This document shows positions 41,181-49,280 of a stretch of DNA of 49,339 bases, one piece after another. The stretch lies in IMG/VR virus record IMGVR_UViG_3300045988_118528, positions 1 through 49,339 of that record. The stretch is one strand, 5' to 3'. Under the pieces are notes generated by a model. The model made no database searches and was not told the origin of the DNA. It worked only from the letters and a program-made list of their open reading frames with translations. Position 1 is the stretch's first letter; each line of letters begins with the position of its first letter. This DNA comes from a virus. A program made the position numbers and the translations under genes.

Positions 41181-41833
41181 TTTGCTATTGCCTTCTGACA
41201 TTTCATACAGAGCGGCCTACCAAATTTCTGCACGCTATAATCATGTACTTTTTGGCTAATTTCAACCGTGCATTCCTGACACATCAAAAATTGTGGTCCA
41301 GTATTTTCGTCAGGAAACGCAGGCTTAGTTTGGTTTATAGGTGTAGGCTGTTCTGCTTTATTTGATGTTTTAGTGGTTGATGGTTCAATAGATTGCCGTT
41401 CTTCTCGAACGCTATATTTACCATCGCAAAACCCCCTGTACACATCTGCTGCAACGCCAATGTTTTTCATAGCGTTACCAAGCGCGTCAGTAAGACACAT
41501 CTTAAAGGCTTCATCATTTGCTGTAAGTCCAGTTTTGTATTTTTGAACAATGAAGTCGCCTCCACAACCAATGATAGGCTCGCTCCAACTATCACCGTTT
41601 TTGATAAACAAAGCTACCGTCATATACAGTAATATTTGCTTATCCTCTAATGGATATATAGTCTTATCTAAAATTTCAAATTTCCACCCAATACCACACA
41701 AACCAAACTGAGCAGTAATAGCTTCAATCTTCCATTGTGGGTTTATATCACTTTTTCCCCTTAGATTACCTGCTTGGATTGTTTTCAAAGCATCTGTAGG
41801 CGGGGTTGCTAAGTTTGTATATATATCAATCAT
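41177..41833 (-). CDS. Rad52/Sak-like single-strand annealing protein with C-terminal zinc ribbon
   Basis: Likely start at ATG 41831..41833 after GGAGG. ...NDEAFKMCLTDALGNAMKNIGVAADVY resembles Rad52-family annealases. C-terminal CQEC...CMKC. Confidence 0.55.
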   Translation of the reverse strand: MIDIYTNLATPPTDALKTIQAGNLRGKSDINPQWKIEAITAQFGLCGIGWKFEILDKTIYPLEDKQILLYMTVALFIKNGDSWSEPIIGCGGDFIVQKYKTGLTANDEAFKMCLTDALGNAMKNIGVAADVYRGFCDGKYSVREERQSIEPSTTKTSNKAEQPTPINQTKPAFPDENTGPQFLMCQECTVEISQKVHDYSVQKFGRPLCMKCQKAIAK

Positions 41834-41843
41834 GTCCTCCACC

Positions 41844-42332
41844 TCACTTTATCTGCACATTCTGATGCTCTACTACCTGTGCCCCATCAATCTTACTGCC
41901 AGCTTTGATCGCAGCCTTGATAGCCGCTTTGTCAGGTGATGTTGATGTAACAACTCTCAAAAATTCTGTCGGCAGCTTCTCCTTATCGGTAATTTCCACT
42001 GTCTCACTTTTTTTGTAGCTGACTGCGCCTTTGGGAGTCTCAAATTTTTCACCCTTTAAAGCGTAGGCTACATAACCTTTTAACCACTCCGCCTTATTTT
42101 TTAAGGTGGCTTTTCTTTCCGTCAGCCTTTTAATTTCTTCCTCAATGGCTGCTGTTTCTGCCATTTTGTTTTTGTAAACCACAAGGCAGCCTTCAATCTT
42201 TTCTACTCTATCCATCTTCAACTGATCTATATCCTCGGCAGTCAATATTTCACCTGTTTCAGTATCTACCATTCTTTCAGTATCAAGTTCTAGCAACCGC
42301 TCTAATTGTTGATTAATTTCATAAAGTTTCAT
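41844..42332 (-). CDS. Siphovirus Gp157-like protein
   Basis: Start at ATG 42330..42332 (MKLYEINQQLERLLEL...). Coiled-coil N-terminus plus ...GAVSYKKSETVEI is typical of the Gp157 family found next to phage recombinases. Confidence 0.55.
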   Translation of the reverse strand: MKLYEINQQLERLLELDTERMVDTETGEILTAEDIDQLKMDRVEKIEGCLVVYKNKMAETAAIEEEIKRLTERKATLKNKAEWLKGYVAYALKGEKFETPKGAVSYKKSETVEITDKEKLPTEFLRVVTSTSPDKAAIKAAIKAGSKIDGAQVVEHQNVQIK

Positions 42333-42334
42333 AT

Positions 42335-42511
42335 TTACACACCCCAATCTTCAATTTTATTTTCAATCGTATTTGCACTGTTTTTAATCCATTTCAGCAA
42401 AACATTTACTTTAGCTTCGCTTCCGTCCAAATCATCTGTGTTATTCAGATTTTCCTGCATTGCATCTAATTCATATCTAATCGAATATACTAAATCGTCA
42501 AATTTATCCAT
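42335..42511 (-). CDS. 58-aa acidic hypothetical protein (below the ORF-track cutoff)
   Basis: ATG 42509..42511, with GGAGG 9 nt upstream. MDKFDDLVYSIRYELDAMQENLNNTDDLDGSEAKVNVLLKWIKNSANTIENKIEDWGV. The stop lies 2 nt before the next start. Confidence 0.5.
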   Translation of the reverse strand: MDKFDDLVYSIRYELDAMQENLNNTDDLDGSEAKVNVLLKWIKNSANTIENKIEDWGV

Positions 42512-42553
42512 ACTTGCAATCCTCCAATTCTTTTGCTAAAATGAAGGTGGACG

Positions 42554-42634
42554 CTAAACTTCGTAAAATTTACATGTCCACCCTGAGCTACCAACGGTGC
42601 AACGTTGATAGCTCTTTTTCTTTTGCTTTCTCAT
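42554..42634 (-). CDS. 26-aa basic/Cys-containing micro-ORF
   Basis: ATG 42632..42634, with GGAGGA 6 nt upstream. MRKQKKKSYQRCTVGSSGWTCKFYEV. The 3' end lies in a GGTGGAC/GTCCACC hairpin. Confidence 0.25.
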   Translation of the reverse strand: MRKQKKKSYQRCTVGSSGWTCKFYEV

Positions 42635-42645
42635 AATCACTCCTC

Positions 42646-42822
42646 CTAAACTAAATCAGATACTTCACAGTCCATTGCTGCTGCAATTTTCCTGAGCGTA
42701 GATAATGTCACGTCTTTACCGTTTTCAATATCAATTAGATTTTTATACCAAACACCACTGACTTTAGCTACTTGATATCTGGACAAACCTTTTTGTTCAC
42801 GAATTTGTTTAATTTTGTTCAT
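42646..42822 (-). CDS. 58-aa XRE-family HTH protein (below the ORF-track cutoff)
   Basis: ATG 42820..42822. MNKIKQIREQKGLSRYQVAKVSGVWYKNLIDIENGKDVTLSTLRKIAAAMDCEVSDLV is a canonical HTH_3 domain. Confidence 0.7.
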   Translation of the reverse strand: MNKIKQIREQKGLSRYQVAKVSGVWYKNLIDIENGKDVTLSTLRKIAAAMDCEVSDLV

Positions 42823-42873
42823 CTTGAATACTCTCCTTACTGTGGTACAATTACTATATATGGAGGTGATATT

Positions 42874-43077
42874 ATGAAAATGATTGCTGTAGATTCATCA
42901 AACGTTGAATGTATTGGTTATGAGAATGGAGTAATTGAGGTTCATTTTCACAACGGATATGCTTATCGCTATCCAAACTGTACCGAAGATTTGTTCAACA
43001 AGTTTCTTGCTTCCCCATCTAAAGGGCAGTTTGTCCACAATGTTTTAAAAGGACGCGGTGAAACTCGCATTCGTTAA
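42874..43077 (+). CDS. KTSC-domain protein
   Basis: Start at ATG 42874 after GGAGGTG. VDSSNVECIGYENGVIEVHFHNGYAYRYPNCTEDLFNKFLASPSKGQFV fits the KTSC domain. A lone plus-strand gene in the early region. Confidence 0.7.
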   Translation: MKMIAVDSSNVECIGYENGVIEVHFHNGYAYRYPNCTEDLFNKFLASPSKGQFVHNVLKGRGETRIR

Positions 43078-43268
43078 TCCCAATCATCATCAAAAGGAAC
43101 TTGAATATCTGTGCTCAAAATCTCAACACTTGCGCCTGTGACTATTGCCGTAGTCATGGGCGTATGGTGTTTTCTAATGTATTCTACTAATGGTCTTGCA
43201 GCTTCTTCTAATGTTTTAGCTTCTTGCTTGATATTTTCGTTCATGTTTTTTCTCCTATCTTCGCTCAT
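43074..43268 (-). CDS. Hypothetical protein
   Basis: 64-aa ORF. ATG overlaps the upstream stop (ATGA). Confidence 0.5.
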   Translation of the reverse strand: MSEDRRKNMNENIKQEAKTLEEAARPLVEYIRKHHTPMTTAIVTGASVEILSTDIQVPFDDDWD

Positions 43269-43360
43269 CTCAATACCCCTACTGTCACTACAGCAGCCAT
43301 AATAGCAATGTATGTTCCGACAAATATTGCAGTAGTTGCTACGGTAAAATCTCTAATCAT
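43265..43360 (-). CDS. 31-aa single-TM micro-protein (below the ORF-track cutoff)
   Basis: ATG 43358..43360 overlaps the upstream stop, and its own stop overlaps the next start. MIRDFTVATTAIFVGTYIAIMAAVVTVGVLR. Confidence 0.45.
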   Translation of the reverse strand: MIRDFTVATTAIFVGTYIAIMAAVVTVGVLR

Positions 43361-43539
43361 AAGCCTGCCACCTGCCCCATAGCGTAACCAATATTGTAGA
43401 TCATTCGTACTACTACTAGAGTTGCTACTACAGTCAGCAACCACATCGCCGGATACCTTGCAATACTATCAAGTAAGCCTGCTGTTAAATCAACCGCTGC
43501 TAAGTATGCTAAGTGAATGTCTTTATAAATATTTTTCAT
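43357..43539 (-). CDS. 60-aa membrane protein
   Basis: Hydrophobic segments (AMWLLTVVATLVVVRMIY). Translationally coupled on both sides. Confidence 0.5.
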   Translation of the reverse strand: MKNIYKDIHLAYLAAVDLTAGLLDSIARYPAMWLLTVVATLVVVRMIYNIGYAMGQVAGL

Positions 43540-43967
43540 TTTGCGACCTCTCTTTCTGATCCAATCAGTGCCAATAATGACTGTGCTGCTTCTCTACATT
43601 CTTTTATCATTCGGCTACCAAGTTCGGTTTTACTTAGTGTTTTCTCTACCATCTCAGGCAGAAGCTTTGACACGTCAGATACTTCTTTATGTACCCTTAA
43701 TATCTTTATGCCCTCTGCATCATTAATCGGAACTAAACCGAAAATATCGCAAAATACAGGGTTTCGTTGCAGGTGTTGTACTCTAAGCCATGGAGTCCGA
43801 TACATTTCAGTCATTTTTAACACAAGCCAATCAGGAACAACCCTGCCATCTAGTTCGTATTCTGCAAGACTACGTTCCGATACTATCAATAACATAGCCG
43901 CTTTAGGCCTTGTCATACCTGCAAAAAGTCGGGCATTTAAATAAGGGTTCATGCTGTTTTTTTGCAT
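43536..43967 (-). CDS. HTH-domain early regulator (XRE-like N-terminus)
   Basis: 143 aa. LNARLFAGMTRPKAAMLLIVSERSLAEYELDGRVVP is HTH-like. Confidence 0.45.
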   Translation of the reverse strand: MQKNSMNPYLNARLFAGMTRPKAAMLLIVSERSLAEYELDGRVVPDWLVLKMTEMYRTPWLRVQHLQRNPVFCDIFGLVPINDAEGIKILRVHKEVSDVSKLLPEMVEKTLSKTELGSRMIKECREAAQSLLALIGSEREVAK

Positions 43968-44003
43968 GTTGTAACTCTCCTTTCGTGATATTATTTCAAG
44001 TAG

Positions 44004-44351
44004 TCAAACAACCTGTTTAGCAAGTAGTTGAGCGGCTCGTTCTGCTTTGCGCTTTTCGATACCTTTGCGTAACTCCTCTGCCCAGTTATCGTCAGATATT
44101 TGATCTTTCTTCCGATATTGTTTCATAGAAGCAGGCCTGCGTTTTGCCTGATTGATTGCTTCCGCCTTCTTCCTGGCGTTTTCTTCATCCTGACGTCTAA
44201 AAAAATCTAAAAGTGTGTCCTCAAAGACATACACTAGCGACCCTTTCTTACCACCGCCAGAATGAGGAAACTCACCTTTTGCCGCCCGGTCTTGCATACC
44301 TCGGTACGAAAAGCCATGCTTTTCACAAAAGGCTTTTAGTGTCATTCGCAT
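44004..44351 (-). CDS. Putative DNA-binding protein (excisionase/AlpA-like HTH, tentative)
   Basis: 115 aa. N-terminal MTLKAFCEKHGFSYRGMQDRAAKGEFPH and a basic helical C-terminus. Confidence 0.3.
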   Translation of the reverse strand: MRMTLKAFCEKHGFSYRGMQDRAAKGEFPHSGGGKKGSLVYVFEDTLLDFFRRQDEENARKKAEAINQAKRRPASMKQYRKKDQISDDNWAEELRKGIEKRKAERAAQLLAKQVV

Positions 44352-44353
44352 TT

Positions 44354-44545
44354 TTATATCTCCTTATCTGCTTTTCCAACATCTGAAACTGCTAATAAAT
44401 TTCCTTCAAAATCCCAATACTGCGTTACTATCCTACAAGGGTCTGTTATATCTAAACCACTTCCAACAAGCCCCTTGGTTTCAATAACTTGTATTACTCG
44501 TGCCTGATCCGTTCCTCTCGGTCTAGCTGCATATGAATTAAACAT
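44354..44545 (-). CDS. Hypothetical protein
   Basis: 63-aa ORF coupled to its neighbours. Confidence 0.45.
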   Translation of the reverse strand: MFNSYAARPRGTDQARVIQVIETKGLVGSGLDITDPCRIVTQYWDFEGNLLAVSDVGKADKEI

Positions 44546-44547
44546 GC

Positions 44548-44751
44548 TTACGCTCCTTTCTGATCTTTATTCAAGAAATATTCAATGGGTACATTGAAAT
44601 AGGCAGCTATTTTCGCAAGCTTATCAACCTTAGGATTGCTTCTGCCATTCTTCCAATCAGTAAAAGTAGACGGCACAATCCCTGTTTCTTTTGAAACCCT
44701 ATACGCTGTTATATTATTTTTAACTAATAGTTCTTCGAACTTCTCATACAT
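44548..44751 (-). CDS. Cro-like XRE-family repressor
   Basis: Likely start at ATG 44749..44751 (MYEKFEELL...) after AAAGGGGG. The HTH is paralogous to the divergent repressor (both contain YEKF..LL...STF.DWK.GRSNPK.DKL.KIA.YFNVP.EYF). Confidence 0.75.
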   Translation of the reverse strand: MYEKFEELLVKNNITAYRVSKETGIVPSTFTDWKNGRSNPKVDKLAKIAAYFNVPIEYFLNKDQKGA

Positions 44752-44770
44752 ATAGAACACCCCCTTTCAA

Positions 44771-44970
44771 TATTTCAGAATTATTGTTGAAATTATTTCG
44801 GAAATTCGTTATAATAAAATTAATTACGAATGTGTGTTTTGATTTTATTTAGTTTATGTGCTTCTATTTCTATTTTCCGTATTTTATTTGTTGGATATAT
44901 CTGATTTCCGTATTTTTATGTTAACACTGATTTTCGTAATTGTCAATTATTATTTTCTGATTTCAGAATT
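44771..44970. promoter_or_regulatory. Lysis-lysogeny switch region: six operator-like repeats (T[AG]ATTT[TC]CNGNAWT) and candidate face-to-face promoters
   Basis: Sites at 44771, 44794 (palindromic ATTTCGGAAAT), 44871, 44902, 44928 and 44958. Plus strand: TTGAAA (44787), 17-bp spacer, TATAAT (44810). Minus strand: TTGACA (44946..44941), 17-bp spacer, TAACAT (44923..44918). Confidence 0.5.
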
Positions 44971-44992
44971 TTTTTTACAGGAGACTTTTATT

Positions 44993-45367
44993 ATGGCAAA
45001 TTATGAAAAATTCGCTCAATTACTCTCTGAACGCAATATTAAATCTGTGGATGTTGCCCGAGCTACTGGAATATACACGTCTACTTTTTCAGACTGGAAA
45101 ACTGGTAGAAGTAATCCTAAAATGGATAAATTACAAAAAATTGCAACCTATTTCAATGTCCCGGTCGAATATTTTTCTGACCAACAAACACTCTCAAATA
45201 CTAAAAGCAAAAAAAAGATACCCAAAGACTTAAAAACAATACTTGATAATGAAGAAATTACTCTTAATGGACGTTTAATGTCACCAGGAGATAAAGAAAA
45301 AATGTTTCGTATAATAGAGGCAGCTTATTGGGACGCCAAAGAAATGAATAAGAAAAAGAAGGACTGA
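44993..45367 (+). CDS. Prophage repressor (XRE/ImmR-like, no S24 peptidase domain)
   Basis: ATG 44993 after CAGGAG. N-terminal HTH_3. Followed by an ImmA-like protease gene. Confidence 0.75.
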   Translation: MANYEKFAQLLSERNIKSVDVARATGIYTSTFSDWKTGRSNPKMDKLQKIATYFNVPVEYFSDQQTLSNTKSKKKIPKDLKTILDNEEITLNGRLMSPGDKEKMFRIIEAAYWDAKEMNKKKKD

Positions 45368-45374
45368 TGGCGAT

Positions 45375-45767
45375 ATGGCCTACAATATTCCATTACGTGT
45401 TCGTAATCTTATTAATAAAGTTGGATCGACTGATCCGTATGATATCGCCGACTATTTAGGCATAAAAATAAAAACCGTCGACACACCATCATATGTCAAC
45501 GGTTTTTGGCAACAAATATTAACCCATAAATTCATTTTCATAAATCAAAATCTTTGTGAATGGCAGCGAAAAGCAGTCATCGGGCATGAACTAGGCCACA
45601 TTATTTTACACCCAGAATATAGTTACTTTTGCATGAACAGGCGAACTTATTATTGCTCACAGCGTCACGAAAATGAAGCTGATTATTTTAGCATTGAACT
45701 TTGTAGTTATTCGATGGATATTGAAGAAAATTTTATTGAATTATTTTTAAAAGACGGCTGGAAATAA
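45375..45767 (+). CDS. ImmA/IrrE-family metalloprotease (anti-repressor protease)
   Basis: 130 aa. HELGHIILH (HExxH) plus a downstream ENEAD. Lies immediately after the repressor gene. Confidence 0.75.
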   Translation: MAYNIPLRVRNLINKVGSTDPYDIADYLGIKIKTVDTPSYVNGFWQQILTHKFIFINQNLCEWQRKAVIGHELGHIILHPEYSYFCMNRRTYYCSQRHENEADYFSIELCSYSMDIEENFIELFLKDGWK

Positions 45768-45820
45768 TATCATATTTGTTAAGCAATATCATTCAAATAA
45801 AAAACTTAGGGGATGATTTA

Positions 45821-47443
45821 ATGGGATTTTTTTCTGCAAGCGAATCAGAAGTACAAGAATATATTGAAAGGCTTGTAGGATTAGCTGAAGTAGGAAAAAT
45901 AAATTCTAATGATTTAGATCAATTAACAAGATTTGCAACAAGCGCATCATTTTCAAATAAACAGTTACAAGAAGCGCAAGTTGTGGTCTGTGCCAGATTT
46001 TACAAGCAAGTTATGTCTGATGATATTTTAGATAATGCCGAGCTTGCAAATTTCAAATTGTTAGTCGATTACTGTGCATATCTGCCAAAAGAAGTAAGAA
46101 CAAAATTAATTTCAGCTATTGGAAACTTAAATTCCATATATAAAATAAGAACAAGCGGAGAATTACCTATTCTACCCGATAACGCTGTAAATATTATGTT
46201 AAAAGCTAACGAAGTTATTCATTTCGTTTCAGATGCATCCATGCGCAAAAAACGAAAAGTTACAAAAACCGTAAATTATAGAGGAATAACAACTAGTATA
46301 AAAATTTGTAAAGGCGTTAGATACCGATTGGGATCTATTTCACCTACACGAGAAACTAATGAATTTTGGGAAAATGAAGATTATGGAAAATTCTTCATTA
46401 CAAATCAACGTATAGGGTTTCTCGGTATAACAAAAAATTTTACAATTTCTATATCTAAGATATTATCTTTATCTTATGGTGAAGGCGGATTAAATATATT
46501 TAAAGAAGGACGACAAAACCCTTTTATTTTACATTTTCCGCCTTATGATCTTCCACTATATATAATTTCATCTTTAATTAATGGAATTGAACAAATTTCC
46601 CCTGAACAAATTCAGCCGCTACAAGCCAATTTTAGTCACACTAATGACTTAGAAAATAATGAACCGAAACAATCTTTACCTAATCTTCAAACAAAGGATC
46701 AACCACCTATAAATAGAGAAAACAGTGGATGTTCCGGGTGTCTCAAAAAAATACTATATGGGATATTTATATTTGCGTTTTTGATAGGTCTTGCAAACAG
46801 TTGCGGGAAGTCGCCTTCAAATTCTGACCAAACTAAAACCCCTGCTCCACAATCTATTAAAATACCAAATCTAACAGATCAACAATCAGCTAATGTAGCT
46901 TCTGTGTTAGCACAATGTGGCTTTGAAAATTATAAATTATCAGAGGATAAATCTTTAGATAACGCTACAGGAGCAGCTGAAAAAGGGTACAAAATTGAAT
47001 ATGGCGAACTAAATTACTATAATTTATTACTTGCGCCAAATGGATCGGTTTATAAAATCACAAAATATGAATTTGATGTTTTTGCGAATGGTAAAGTCCA
47101 ACATAACGCAAATGAATTTTATTTGAGTAGAAGTGATAAAGAAGCATTAATGAAGATAGCAGAAACAGCAATAAAGAAAGAATTAGACAAAATGCAAGTG
47201 CCACATACAGACAAAATTGAGTATTGGGGCGTTTACGATTGGAGTTTTACTAAAAAGCCAGATAAAACTAAAATTAGTTCTTATTTTGTAATGACAAACA
47301 ATACAGGCGGAAAAAGACGAACTGATTTTTCTATGTATATTGATAACAAAACTAAAAATGTTTCTGAATTAACATTTGATAAAAGCCGGTCCGATAAAAT
47401 CCCGGAGAAAAAAGAATCTTTATTACACAAAATATTAAACTGA
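45821..47443 (+). CDS. Membrane protein: cytoplasmic helical plus PH/GRAM-like N-region, one TM, extracytoplasmic C-domain (lysogeny-operon cargo)
   Basis: Start at ATG 45821 after AGGGG. ...LKANEVIHFVSDA...DYGKFFITNQRIGFLG...GLNIFKEGRQNPFIL is bacterial-PH-like. TM segment ILYGIFIFAFLIGLANSC. Very AT-rich. Confidence 0.55.
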   Translation: MGFFSASESEVQEYIERLVGLAEVGKINSNDLDQLTRFATSASFSNKQLQEAQVVVCARFYKQVMSDDILDNAELANFKLLVDYCAYLPKEVRTKLISAIGNLNSIYKIRTSGELPILPDNAVNIMLKANEVIHFVSDASMRKKRKVTKTVNYRGITTSIKICKGVRYRLGSISPTRETNEFWENEDYGKFFITNQRIGFLGITKNFTISISKILSLSYGEGGLNIFKEGRQNPFILHFPPYDLPLYIISSLINGIEQISPEQIQPLQANFSHTNDLENNEPKQSLPNLQTKDQPPINRENSGCSGCLKKILYGIFIFAFLIGLANSCGKSPSNSDQTKTPAPQSIKIPNLTDQQSANVASVLAQCGFENYKLSEDKSLDNATGAAEKGYKIEYGELNYYNLLLAPNGSVYKITKYEFDVFANGKVQHNANEFYLSRSDKEALMKIAETAIKKELDKMQVPHTDKIEYWGVYDWSFTKKPDKTKISSYFVMTNNTGGKRRTDFSMYIDNKTKNVSELTFDKSRSDKIPEKKESLLHKILN

Positions 47444-47456
47444 CGAGGTACTTGAA

Positions 47457-48005
47457 ATGAGGAAAATATTATTACTCACGCTTGCTTTATGTTTAGCTTT
47501 CTCCTCGCTCGCCTCTGCAGCTAGTTGGAAATGGCTAACGTCAACAGATGATGTTACAGTATCAATCAATACAGATAATATTACACGTGTAAACGGAATA
47601 TACACAGTATGGGTGCAGATAAAATATGCTGATTATGCCCAAAAAAACTATAAAGGCGAAAAAATAGCTGTAACTTTAGAAAAAATGAATTTTAAACGAA
47701 CCGAAATGGGCGATGAAGGCAGATCTCTTGAAATTATTGACTATAGTTCCAAAGGTAATTTTTTACGTAACACGAAAGGTTCTGCAGCCTGGGAAAGTGT
47801 TATACCTAGTTCAATAGGCGAACAAATCTTCCAAGAAGTATTAAAATTACGTTCCGATGCAGATAAGGAAGATGATATTCAAATCCAAAAAGAAAAAGAT
47901 GCAGAGCAGACTCAAGCAGAAAAAGAAAAACGCAGCAAACAAAACAAAGAAAATACTAAAGTTGCAACTGACGTAGCATGTGCTGTTTTAGGTGGTTTAT
48001 TCTAA
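47457..48005 (+). CDS. Secreted protein (signal peptide, adhesin-E-like beta domain, Lys/Glu-rich tail)
   Basis: 182 aa. MRKILLLTLALCLAFSSLASA|AS signal peptide. WKWLTSTDDVTVSINTDNITRVNGIYTVWVQIKY pattern. The C-terminal KEDD...EKEKRSKQNKE is followed by a short hydrophobic end. Confidence 0.55.
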   Translation: MRKILLLTLALCLAFSSLASAASWKWLTSTDDVTVSINTDNITRVNGIYTVWVQIKYADYAQKNYKGEKIAVTLEKMNFKRTEMGDEGRSLEIIDYSSKGNFLRNTKGSAAWESVIPSSIGEQIFQEVLKLRSDADKEDDIQIQKEKDAEQTQAEKEKRSKQNKENTKVATDVACAVLGGLF

Positions 48006-48015
48006 AAAACAAAAA

Positions 48016-48035
48016 GCCGCTCCTAATGGAGCGGC
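48016..48035. terminator. GC-rich hairpin between the cargo genes and int
   Basis: GCCGCTCC-taat-GGAGCGGC. The A-rich run lies on its 5' side (+ strand), so the U-run is on the minus-strand reading. May attenuate on + and block antisense transcription on -. Confidence 0.45.
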
Positions 48036-48085
48036 AATATTTAAACCCTCTTGCCAAACATACGTTTTAAAGGAGTTGATATTTT

Positions 48086-49183
48086 ATGTCACGTGTTCGA
48101 GCCAAAGGCGAAGGCTCAGTATATTTTGAAAAACAACGTCAAAAATGGCGTGTAAGAATAGTAACGCCGGCCGGTGTTATCCAGAAGCGTTTTGATTCGC
48201 AGCAGGAAGCTATCGACTACAAAAACGAAGAAATAGCCAAAATCAAACAAAATGTCTATAATAAAGATGGCTTAGCTCCGTTTGGACAATTTGTTATTAA
48301 ATATCTTGCTGATTTTAAAACATATCCTACTGTATCAGAAGGAACAGAAATATTTTATCAGCGCCGGGCCAACAAAATAGCTCCTTTGGTAAAATATCCC
48401 ATAAAAAATATAACAACTGAAATTTTACAGCACTACTTTTTGAGTTTAAAAAGCAGTCAAGATGACAAGCGCAAAACATATGAATTTTTAAAAATGATAT
48501 TTACGTTTGCTGTATCTCGACAAATAATTCAATTCAATCCTATGCTTGCTGTTCCCAAGCCAGAAATGGCCTATAAAAACGAAGATGATGAACCTGAACC
48601 ATTTTCTCAGGAAGAAATCAAAACTATTTTAAATTACCTAAAATCAGATCACAATCAACATAAATATTATGTAATGATTTTGCTTGAAGTATCCACCGGA
48701 TGCCGTATCGGTGAGTTGTTAGGTATATTAAAAAAATGGTATAATTCCACCAATCAGCAGATAAAAATAAAAAAGTCTGTAAAACAAGATAAAAACAATA
48801 AAACAATTCTTGGCAATACAAAAAACAGACAATCAATACGTACCTATGATCTTAGTCGTAAGCTATGCGATATCTTGGATGAATATATAGAACGCACTGA
48901 ATATGCAAGCGAATATCTTTTCAGTACTCGCACAGGTACGCCCATAAGTCGTAATAATATGCGTAGAACCTGGAAACGTATTCTGAGTGAGCTGAATATC
49001 CCCTACAGGCGCTTTCATTTTCTCAGGCATACATACATCACTGAAATGCTGGCACAAATGCCATTAGCAGATGTCAGTGCAGCTGTAGGGCACAGCAAAA
49101 TTGAAACAACCTTGAAGTATGCACACAAGAAAAAAGGTAGCGGAAAAAAGCTTGCAGAAATTGCTGAAAATATGTATTACTAA
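48086..49183 (+). CDS. int: Tyrosine integrase
   Basis: 365 aa. The C-terminal catalytic region contains ...TGCRIGELLGI..., HFLRHTYITEM and GHSKIETTLKYAH (R-H-R-Y type). Adjacent to attR and the tRNA. Confidence 0.9.
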   Translation: MSRVRAKGEGSVYFEKQRQKWRVRIVTPAGVIQKRFDSQQEAIDYKNEEIAKIKQNVYNKDGLAPFGQFVIKYLADFKTYPTVSEGTEIFYQRRANKIAPLVKYPIKNITTEILQHYFLSLKSSQDDKRKTYEFLKMIFTFAVSRQIIQFNPMLAVPKPEMAYKNEDDEPEPFSQEEIKTILNYLKSDHNQHKYYVMILLEVSTGCRIGELLGILKKWYNSTNQQIKIKKSVKQDKNNKTILGNTKNRQSIRTYDLSRKLCDILDEYIERTEYASEYLFSTRTGTPISRNNMRRTWKRILSELNIPYRRFHFLRHTYITEMLAQMPLADVSAAVGHSKIETTLKYAHKKKGSGKKLAEIAENMYY

Positions 49184-49203
49184 AAGGTCAAAATAATTTA
49201 CAA

Positions 49204-49246
49204 ACTCCCATTCAACTCCCTTGACCCATTGAAAGGAAACTCCCGT
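49204..49246 (+). promoter_or_regulatory. Putative integrase arm-type sites (ACTCCCATT, ACTCCCTT, ACTCCCGT) next to attR
   Basis: Three copies at 49204, 49215 and 49239. Same motif and orientation as 158..177. Confidence 0.45.
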
Positions 49247-49251
49247 GCAAT

Positions 49252-49280
49252 AAAAAAAGCACTGCAAACTATTGCAGTGC
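49252..49280 (-). terminator. Rho-independent terminator just downstream of the tRNA-Ala 3' end (phage-supplied)
   Basis: GCACTGCAA-acta-TTGCAGTGC 9-bp stem preceded on the + strand by A7. On the minus strand this is a hairpin plus U7, 14 nt after the tRNA end. May also end int transcription on +. Confidence 0.65.

Noticed and set aside
42772-42873. The N-terminal extension of the KTSC ORF (101-aa version starting at 42772) and the upstream alternative starts of several track ORFs (for example 21522, 22984, 14237, 45776, 44858)
   Set aside because: The extensions overlap upstream genes or promoters and lack an RBS. Internal ATGs are preceded by GGAGG-type sites and abut the stop codon of the preceding gene.
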